Translations under genes and position numbers: made by a program
Shown here: positions 54,312-64,000 of the stretch, piece after piece
Numbering within the stretch: position 1 is the stretch's first letter
Layout of the letters: every line of letters begins with the position of its first letter
NCBI GenBank assembly: GCA_965637545.1
Contig: OZ281496.1
Span: 22,692,001-22,756,000 of the forward strand
Direction: 5' to 3'
Source of the DNA: Phallusia mammillata
Lineage: Eukaryota
DNA: 64,000 bases
The notes under the pieces: model-generated
What the model was told of the DNA's origin: nothing
Seen by the model: the letters and a program-made list of their open reading frames with translations, nothing else
Database searches by the model: none

Positions 54312-54431
54312 AACGCCTTGCCGAAGATCAAGATTCACGCGTACTTTGCCCACCAACCCGTGAACCCGTCCGCAGCCAACCAATATCGGGGCGGGAGACG
54401 TCGTTACTGCCGCTGTTGCGCCATCTTGTGA
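54312..54431 (+). CDS. FBXL20: Alternative (distal) last exon of FBXL2/20 encoding a second CAAX tail
   Basis: CAG|AAC... in phase 0 translates NALPKIKIHAYFAHQPVNPSAANQYRGGRRRYCRCCAIL*, clearly homologous to the proximal last exon. Confidence 0.85.
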   Translation, partial: NALPKIKIHAYFAHQPVNPSAANQYRGGRRRYCRCCAIL

Positions 54432-57093
54432 CCAACCCTGGACGGGAACGACATCCGCATAGCGGCGCCCTTGAGACATTACACATGCACTTCGCAGCCG
54501 ATTGGAAAACGCTATTCGACACCTTGCAACCGTTTTTTTGTTTTTGCCACTTTACACTCTTGTATTTTTCATAGAAAATCACTGGAATGTGGAAATTTCA
54601 ACTGCCTTGTAAGTTGTGGAGACAAACTGTTGGTTAAAAGTTTGTCTGGTCCGAAAAAAAATCAGAAGAAAAACAGCCTTTAGTTTACGGACAACGAAAG
54701 TTTCAAACCTCCAGTTTCAGCTTTCTTGAACGGTTTAGCCTTAAGTTAATTGAAACCTATTGTTTAATTGCACTTTTCAAACATGTTGTGGGTTGACATT
54801 GAAGTAATTGTTTTGGATTTCAATTTTAAACGATTTTTCCCTGGTGCTTTCAAACATACAAATATCAGTTAAGGGTAATATTTTGCGTGGGCTGTCCCTT
54901 TTGCAGAACAAAACTAGAATAATTTTATTCTTTGTTTTGTCTCAAATTTAGGAACATTAATGTTTGGTTCTATTCACTAAATTCACAGACACGGCCCTTG
55001 GAATGTGTATTGTATTTTTTTGGGTATAATTTTAAAACATTGTCCCTCTTATATGAAGTGCCAATAACATATCAACACACCTTGCTTTTTGGCACATATT
55101 GCTGTGCCATCGCAACCAGTTAAATGCAAAACTGTATACTTGGGCAAAAAATTCTCCACGCAAGCATACGGATTGGTACAGTACACCACATATGAACGAC
55201 AACCTTTTCTGTTCGTCTATCACACGCGTTGCAACATATGTATACATGCTATCGCTCTTTCTATATTGTATGTAGTACATAGGCAATCCCTTTCCTGTAG
55301 GCTTTACGCGTATATACATATAGCATGTAGCCTACATCGTTTCTACGCCACCAAATCGTGTTGCAAACATTTTGATGTTATTACTGCCCGGATTTTTTGC
55401 CAGCTTTATAATTTAGATACAAATCGTTGACAAGAAATGCATTGCTTACTGGTCGCATTCATGTCTGCGATGCTAATGAGTAATTATGTTAAATCACTAG
55501 CAAACTGTCACATTCTTTATGCCTTACACGCTGAAATCGGGTTCCCAACTAGCATTGCGCAACGAACCTTAACAACATAGTTTTCTTCCTTTTTTTCAGC
55601 AAATGGACAAATTAGCATTTAGTTTCAAATCGGCTAATCATTGATCTAAGCCTCTGTCATCGAAAATGTGTTGCCTGTTCGGAAGCAATTGTTTTCTATA
55701 GGTGCTGCAAAATTACATGTTTTGACTTTTTCTCAGATTTAAAAAATCTATTTGGTCACGGAAAAAATTCACTTTCTGTTTTGACAATTAACAAAAAACG
55801 ACCAAAGTTGTCTTCACTAGGCTTATTTCGCCTTGTCCAACAAGCCCGTGTAGGCCTATTCTGCTTTCAAAATTTGTGTGAAATCGCTTGAAGTGCAGCC
55901 GAATGCTCAAATTAAACCCAGTTTTGTACACAGAAGTTGTTTAAATTTGCCCTGAAAGACAAGTCTTGTAATCGGCTTGGCATCGAACGCCAATGTGTCA
56001 ACATAACTATTCCGTAATAACAGTTAAGTTGCAATGATTATGTATTTTTTAAACATAACTGGTCAAAAAATGTAGTTAAATTATGGCAACTTATTTCTTT
56101 TCTCGTTCACTGCTCTACTTTGTCGCAAATTTCAAGCGGAAATATTTCAAATCGTGTTTTTTATGTTCTGTACGTGTATTTGTATCCAATCTGTATCATA
56201 CCGTTTGCACGCTCTCGTTCTCTCACGTGCCCTGCTGTAGAGGATTGTTCGTTTCCTTTTTTCCTCTGTTCTTCTTTCTGCTTCTGTTTGCTTACGCTTT
56301 CCGCTCGTCAAGCATCACCCGTGAGTATTAAATACAGTAAAATGTATGCGTCAAAAATATCACCTGAATTGAATATTTAAGGATGTACTTTTAATTTAGA
56401 GATATCGTAGTTCATGGTTCTTCAGTGCATATTTCTGTGACTTTTTGAAATCTATAAGATAGGGTTTGTTGCCCTTTAGCGTTTAAATTGAAAACTTAAT
56501 CCTTCTATTTTCAAGCTGTTGCTGCGAGGCATAATATCTACTTTTTAGAGCAATTCTATTTTTGCACTGACGTTTCAACGTCCTATACAGCTGTTCTATA
56601 CGTCCTATACGACCTAGGTCGCCTTTTTCAGGGTAAATAACATTGAATGTGCGTAATTACATTTATTCTATTTTCCCATTTGAACAGATTGATCGATTTA
56701 TGTAACCTGACGTTGTAGCTAAAATAGCCCTCTGAATCCACATGTAATTACATTTGCAGAAAAAAATACGTGGGACTATGTTGGGCTGAAAATAAGATAA
56801 TGGAAAACCAAGATGGTCGAATGCCGTATTGATCACATTTGATAAAAGTGGATGTTACTTTTTGCAGAAGATATTTAACAATATGAAAAACGATCGTAGA
56901 CGATCAGACAAATTTGGTTTTGGCGCCAGGCGTCGCTGATTTTCTAATATCGTGGCGCCCACTATTTTGAAACTTGGTAAATAGCTTGCGATTTTAAGAC
57001 CAACGGTATTTAATGGAAAATCAGTCTTTTAAACTGAGGAAGGAAATTATCCATCTTTTGTTTTGCTGTTTTATGTTTTTATTAGTTGCAAAA

Positions 57094-57420
57094 TGTCCTG
57101 GGTATGACGTTAAACTGCATCCGTCGTTCCACTGAGAGGTAGGCCTACTATCTCACCCCAGCAAGGTTTCGGTGGTTATGGTCTCCAATGGAGTGAAGAG
57201 TTGACTCTTAGCCTAGCCAACACATGAAATAGGAGAAGGAAAACTCTGATTTCAAGCCACCTACCTCGGTAGGGGATCTGAGCGGATGTAGAGCAGCCTC
57301 GACAAAAGCTCTGGCGGAAAGGAACTGGGGCTCCCACCGCCGTACAATGCCCCTTGTATACAATCATGTTTGATTGTCGCCGACGTCAGACTCTAACAGG
57401 GCACCTCTATTGATTGATTA
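57094..57420 (+). mobile_element. SINE-like or short non-LTR retro-insertion, 327 bp
   Basis: GC-rich block flanked by the 10-bp direct repeat AGTTGCAAAA (57084-57093, 57421-57430) and ending in an (ATTG)n-like tail. Confidence 0.55.
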
Positions 57421-59924
57421 AGTTGCAAAAAGTTCACTATCAAATTTGGACCAAAACGAATGCAATGTATAATATTGTTGTTTATATATTTACACCAAAC
57501 AACTTTTTGCATGTACCAAACTTGTTTTAACGCGTAATTAAAGCGGTTTTGTAATGCCGTACCGGTAGTTATCTTCTCAGCAAGCATCAAAGCGGTTTGA
57601 GGTCTGTCTGTGACGTATGCGGGAAAGTCCCGGGCCTGCCTTTTTCTCTGCAGTTTTGTCGCGAAATTGCTCACAACGGTGCAGACTGCACAGTGTGATA
57701 CCGATGTTATTGTCGGAGTAATTTGTATTTGCTCTCGAGTGGTTACGCGTGGGCTACCGTGCGACGCCTCTATCGCCTGCGCAGTGTTTTTTCGCAAGAA
57801 GCTGGCGGTTTTTAATGAAAAACGCGTTAGCCACAAGGTTTTTTGCTTACAGGATGACATAACTTTTTTGCGTAACTCTGTTTTTGTTGGACAAAAAATT
57901 CAGGTTTTGCAATGTTACGTTTTAGGGTCTTTGTTCGCAGAAATAATACAATTATTATAGGCAGGTCTGTCGTGCGTAGACGTAAAATATTTTGTTTTCA
58001 AATGCCAACGCGTTCTGATAGATTTATAGACTAATAAATATAACCTGAATTTTGATTTATTCGTATATGTTTACATCTATTGATTTGTTGTTTGTCAACT
58101 AACGAAGTAAACAGCTTTTTTATCGTCGTGCATAACGAATACCATGAACTGTAATAAATAACATTTATTGCAAGTAATTTGGATGACATGGGGTAATTAA
58201 GTAATTAAGCAGACAGAATTGATCTTTGTTTGGTTTGTTACCATGTTTGATTATTTTAGTGGGGACAAAACCAAACGAATTGAGGTGTTTTGCAAGGGTG
58301 TCTATGATCTTGTACTTAAATATCTAAAGCTGTTGTATGGTTTGTTAATATTAGACAAATAAACAATAGTTTTAACCATTGGCCCAACAGCAAATGTAAT
58401 TATACATAATTTCAATGGAAATATTGCCCTATTAGAAATGAATTCTACTATACCTGCTACATATGTAAAAAGAAAGACTTAATCTTACATATAAGTAGGA
58501 GTTTTATGTGATTTGGATCCTGGTTTAGTTTTGTAGTTTTTAGGTTTAACTTATCAACAAAAGCGATCAGATGCAAATACATTGCTTGAGTCTCTAAACA
58601 TTATGTTAATGAGCACATGTCAATGGGTATTATTCCATAAAAGGCAACTTTGATCCTGAGTATAAATCATAATGGAATAATGAATCATTGCAGTGAGTCA
58701 TTACAATTGCCTGCAACACTAATAACTTTTTGTATTATTGCATATGGATCATCCAATATCTGGAATTATTAATCCAGGCCAATAAAGTATTTTTACATTA
58801 GGGGGCTGTCAGCATGATTGATAGGGTGTGTCAGTTAAGAATTATGTACGAAAGCTGCCATGTAATCACACAGCATTGGCTATTTTGATGTGCACAATTT
58901 GTAGATTCTGGGTAACTATTGGGTTCTGGTATGTTTAACCAAAGTTGTTTCAATTTTGTTTGATTTTTGCTAAATAACCTTGTTTTGGAAAAAAATTAAT
59001 GATTGTGGTGTTTACTCTTATCAAATAAATAAATATTTAGCTTACAAATAGCACAAATCTGTGAATCTATTGATCTTAAATAAACTATTTAGATTCACAG
59101 TATGTACACTGTATGTCTTCTGAATAAGTTTCATATAGGTAATCTGGTGATTACATGGTGTCATTATAATCGCTTGCTGGTCAGGCACTGTAAGCATCAC
59201 TTAGGCTGGTTTGCTTAAAATCAGTTTAAAATATTTGTGAGTTAATCCTGACCTCCTGTCTGTGTCTGACTAACAGATGATGAACGATTACAACTTTTTT
59301 ATCTGCCATTGAATTGTTTTTGAAATTTTTTAGCCTTTTCAATTCCATTTGGAGTATCTGTCTGTCAACATTCCACTATGTTCATCTAGTAATATAATAT
59401 TAGGTTACATGTGCCAGAAGAGCTGTACAAATAATAGTAGGCTATTAACATGGTGTTGTTGTTGTTTGAAGTGTATGTTTTGGTTAATTTACATTGGTTA
59501 TATGGGTCATAAAGTCTAATTGCTATAAATGTGTGGGTTACTATATTTTGTTGCTGCAAGACAGACTAGGAGCTGAAGTCCCTAGCGATTAAGGCTAGCT
59601 GCCTAACGGAGCTGAACAAATTAATTGCAGAGATCTATTCATAATTAACTAACTTTTTGTTTTCAAATGTGGTACATCTGTGTTTAGCTGTAGCAATCAA
59701 TTATTTAACTCTTATTGTGATGTTCTATGTGAGCTGATTGGTTCTCTGTGTCTCTTTAAGGGCGGTCAAAACTTCGTATAATGCAACATTATTTGTATCA
59801 TACAGGCCTGGATAGTTGCTGTGGAGCACTAGATTTTAATATTTTATTTATTTATTTTGACTGGGGTTTCGATTTCTTGCTGCAACCTTTTATCTCTTAA
59901 ACTGTAAACCCACAATCCGTCACT

Positions 59925-60488
59925 ATGGGAGACGAGGTTAAATCCAAAGATTTTGGATTGAAAGCACAAAAAAAGATTTTGGGAAAGATGGCATCGAAAA
60001 GTTTAACGAAAAAGATTATTGATGAGAAGACCTATGACATTTTAGATGAGTTTTACAAGGTTAGAAGGCAGCAAACAGGAAACAAAAAAGATGCTGAAAA
60101 AATGCTCCACAATATCATCAAGGTCATGATCAAGGTTGGTGTCTTGGAAAAAAACGATCGTTTTTCCGCTGATGAGGTAAAACTGGCTCACAAACTGCAG
60201 CAAAAAACAAAAATGGCTGCCATGACCATAGTCAGTTTCTACGAAGTGGAATTTTCATTTGACAAATATGTCTTGTCAACACAAATCAACGAAGGAAGGA
60301 CCATTTTGCAACAGCTTGTCGAAAACCATTTGACATCCAAGTCTAAGGACCGTATTAACTCAGTGTTTGACATTCTCGGGGATACAGAGTTTCTAGAGCT
60401 TCTGTTTGAACCAAATGGCAACTACAAAGATTCTCTGGCCAAAATTGCCATCCGGCTAAACGAACTCCTTGATGATGGGGTCTTATAA
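59925..60488 (+). CDS. TNFAIP8: TNFAIP8/TIPE family protein, single coding exon, 187 aa
   Basis: SKDFGLKAQKKILGKMASK...IIKVMIKVGVL...AAMTIVSFYEVEFSFD...HLTSKSKDRINSVF is the TNFAIP8 family signature. Confidence 0.95.
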   Translation: MGDEVKSKDFGLKAQKKILGKMASKSLTKKIIDEKTYDILDEFYKVRRQQTGNKKDAEKMLHNIIKVMIKVGVLEKNDRFSADEVKLAHKLQQKTKMAAMTIVSFYEVEFSFDKYVLSTQINEGRTILQQLVENHLTSKSKDRINSVFDILGDTEFLELLFEPNGNYKDSLAKIAIRLNELLDDGVL

Positions 60489-63400
60489 ACCTTGCAAAGG
60501 ACAGGTATAAGGTACTTAACCCTTTGTGCCCCAAATTTGAGGAAGAGGCAACATGGGGTTATGCACAGACTTTTGCTGTTCTGTTGGTGTCGAACGCCCT
60601 TCCTAATTCCCAGACACTACTTTGTTTTTATCGAAAACCCTCCGTTTACTGTACCTGATGTTACATGATTCAGTCCTTGAGGTATATATTTTAATATGCA
60701 ACATTTTATGCGCATTCAGTTTCCTGGTATCTGGGAATAGCTCTCCAGTAGCGGATAAACTTGAAAAGTACCTGAATTCTTGTCACTTTGTGGATTGAAA
60801 ATTGACGCTGCTGCGAAACGTGTATGCAAAGGGAAACTCGTTAAACCAATGATGTAACTTTGGGTGTGCATGTTTAGAGACCTAGTTTCGGCCTGTAACT
60901 TTGTCACTCACTTAGCCGTGGGTTATTGAGAATGCATAACAGCTAGCATAAGCAGCCTACTTCCTGGGCCATGGTGCGTTGCTCAGTGCACACCCGCCAC
61001 CACACTAAACTCTGTGTGCATGTTTGCGTGTGTGCATGCGCATGCGCCTTCATCATCATTTCCTGTGAAATAATATTAGCGTGGTCCTTGCTCCGAGGCT
61101 GTTACATCTGCCTGCGTGCTTTTGTCGATGTCAACTTCTTCAAATCGACGCTGTTTATTTGTCTTGACGCCGAGAGCCAAAACTGAATCCTGTGCGCCGG
61201 GCGTGTTTATTTGCATTGTAGTTTGACACACCAGCAATTCTCTTTATTAAAACACCCACTAGTATGTCGGATTTTGGCCCAGAGGGACCAGCGTCAAAAT
61301 TGTCAAACAAATGTGTCAACGACACTTGTTTATTGGCACCCCATGTGGCATGCCTGTGCGGCCAAATACATTTTCCTGTCTTCCATAGTTTGTGTCCGCA
61401 AAGGCGTTGGCTTTGAGTAACCTTTCATGTTCTAAAACCGTTCCTTTTAACTTTTTATTTAGTTATGTCCGTTTATACGTGATTTGTAGAGCTATTTTTT
61501 CGACGCTGCCTTAATTCAAACCTCGGTATTGGATATGCTAGCCCTATGGTTTTAAAATTTATATTACAAATTTATATGACACTCCTTAAGTTGAAATGTC
61601 TTATGTTGGCAGTCAGCGTGTATCACATCTATTCCATGTCAATTAAGGTTTCGCTGAAACACACACCCATCATACATACGGAAACAGTCGCCAAGCATTA
61701 TGCGGGTAATGTATTATAATTGCCCAATTAAACAGGTGGATAGCCCAGCTTCGCCTGTGCTTCTGCACTACACCATATAGCTGGCAGTAATGTTATGGTA
61801 CCTAATTGCTGCTTTTATGAAGCTTGGCTGTAATAACATGGCCAAGTGCTTTATCGTTCAAAGTTAGATGTAAAGTCCATGCTGCAAAATTTATACACAA
61901 TGGCGTGTTGTATTTGGTTGGTGTGTGCCGCGAAATTTCTAAATATACACATCCTGTTGTTTTGCCCAAACAACAATGTGCAGATGATTTTAGATGATGT
62001 AATCATACATGCTGCCCGTTGAGCATCTGTTTGCAATCATACCGTTTAAGCTCCCTACATTATGGTCAAGACCTAAATGAATGTACGTTATGCAATACCC
62101 AAGCCCTGCAGACTGCCAATCCCCTTTGTTTCTAAATTGCTTTTTTCTACAATAGTGACCTATAGAGGTAACAATATTCGCCAGAGCTAAAGAGATTACA
62201 CCATTTGTGTTAGTAAGTTTTCCACGCCCGTCCCAAACTGTGTTCTAGCGCTGTGCAATGTATTTTGTTTTGTATAGTTCTTGTTTGTGTGCATTTTGCG
62301 GTCCCTTCAGCCATGCGTATTCTGGATTGTTCGACGAATCGCTGCGTTTTTGCGGTAACGGTGATACGATTGCAGGTCACCCGAGCCTATTGCTGACAAA
62401 TTTTAATGTCAATGAGCCTTGATAGGCACTTCACGAAACAGCTGGCATTAACCTCAGACACGGAATAGGCCGCATTGTCTGGCTGCAAATTGAGTCTAAA
62501 AATTATACACTAAACTGAAAAAGAAAGATTTTACAACCTTGCAATCATGCTTTTGCATGGAAAGCACCATTTTTACTGCCCTTTTTAATGTAAATTTAAG
62601 CCTTAAGATTTTATCCATCTTTAACATTTTTACAACTTTGTACAAAAATGTGACCAAAAACTGGGACATTCAAATGATGACACATTTCTTTATTTCAACG
62701 TTTCATTGCAAACTTTAAATTGTTTTTAAGGTGTGAATTTAGTGTCGTATCAGCAGTTTATGCACAAATGTTGTTTAAAATCGAAGGCCTCGTTCACAAA
62801 TTTTCCTTACAGTCCTTAAATTGCCCACAGGCCTTGTCGTACACAGGTTGTTGTTTTGTACGCCTCTATTTTTATTTATGTTTCTCGTTTTTATTCTGTA
62901 TTGTAAGACACACACAATCGTATGTTAAACTGTTTGGTTGTGTTGTTATTTCTGCCTCTCCCACAGCCTTTAAGTGTCTTTTTGAGTCAAAACTTGCGGA
63001 AGACTTAACCGTACGTTGCCTGATCGCAAACACCAAAATATTGACTTGATTTATGCGTTGCACCGGAAAAGTGCAATCACAAATTAGGTGGCCTTCAATC
63101 AACCTTTCGCAATGCTTTTTAACCCTTATGTTTCTTGTGCGATTTCGCGTATCCTTACGCGATCTTTGTTCTTGTGTCTCGTGTTGCGCAAGTCTCTAAC
63201 TATTATGAAATAAACTGAAACCAAACACTAAGTTTAATGTTTGTTTATTGTGTCCGAGTCTGTATATGTACTATGTAGTGTACTAATACTTCTATGTTAT
63301 GTGTCACGTGTTTAGCCTGATTTAAAAAAAACCGCAACTTTCAATTGAATTAAACAACTTAATTAATGTGTTTGTAAACTTCCCCTAAAGACCCTTAATA

Positions 63401-64000
63401 CTGGTAAAAACCGATCGTGTACATTGCTTTGCATATACTTGTTCTGCTAAGTGCATGGCAACAACACGCTGTTTTTCTCAGAATTTTGGGATGTTGTTTA
63501 ATTTAAAGCCAGCATGCGTCTCTTTTCCTGAAATGACTTGCACGATTAGCTGTGACATAACAAAATTTTTACATCACTAACAGTGGAAAACAGATTATAT
63601 TCACATTCGCTTTACTGCAGCACATGTGCTTGGTATGGTAGTTAACCACTATTTTAATGGTGTCAAAGGTCATCAAGGTTAAAAAGTGATATGAAACTTT
63701 TATTTTTGTCTCAGTCCACCTGTACAAACGTTGTTCAAATCTTCTTAAAATTGAGCATTTAATGTAAATTATTGCGATTGGGTGTGTATCTATTAGGTAT
63801 TTGGGAACATTTTTCAAGCAGTTTGATGCATGGAGGTACCAACATATTCACCATAAATAGAAACGGTGGAAGCATTGTCTCATTTAGTATCACCAAATAT
63901 AGACATCGTAGATTCACTTAGGGCTGGTGGTGACTGTCAGTAACACTGGGGGCCAAACCCGAGAGGAAATGTTACGCGTTGTACAGTGCAGGGTGGCACT

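Noticed and set aside
60870-60915. Minus-strand GCCGAAACTAGGTC hammerhead-like half
   Set aside because: There is no CUGANGA core upstream.

Overview
Compact, AT-rich, intron-containing animal genomic DNA. An invertebrate chordate such as an ascidian is inferred from the gene orthologies, small introns and mosaic CpG depletion; the species cannot be determined from sequence alone. Ten protein-coding genes could be spliced by hand with consistent GT-AG phases: ATP5MC (ATP synthase subunit c, +), SAP30-like (-), NAA38 (+), TSPAN13/31-like (-), hnRNP A/B (-), HP1/CBX (+, head-to-head with hnRNP A/B), a secreted trefoil-domain mucin-like protein (+), CHMP5 (+), FBXL2/20 (+) and TNFAIP8-like (+). 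RNA elements are a tRNA-Leu(CAG), two intronic SNORD31/U31-type C/D snoRNAs and several type I hammerhead ribozyme motifs. About 15 hAT-type MITEs are present, most with 8-bp target-site duplications. The best second-look items are: (1) a perfect 78-bp palindrome in an FBXL intron carrying a hammerhead ribozyme on each strand; (2) two tandem alternative last exons of FBXL, each ending in its own CAAX box, the proximal one preceded by a distant TACTAAC branch point and a 273-nt AG-free zone; (3) a probable hnRNP A/B autoregulatory cassette with three competing 3'UTR donors and an exon holding 12 UAGG motifs; (4) retention of the hnRNPA-CBX divergent pair and Hox-paralogon neighbours; (5) a FIM-A.1-like trefoil mucin. 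All gene models and RNA folds were derived by eye; no searches were run.
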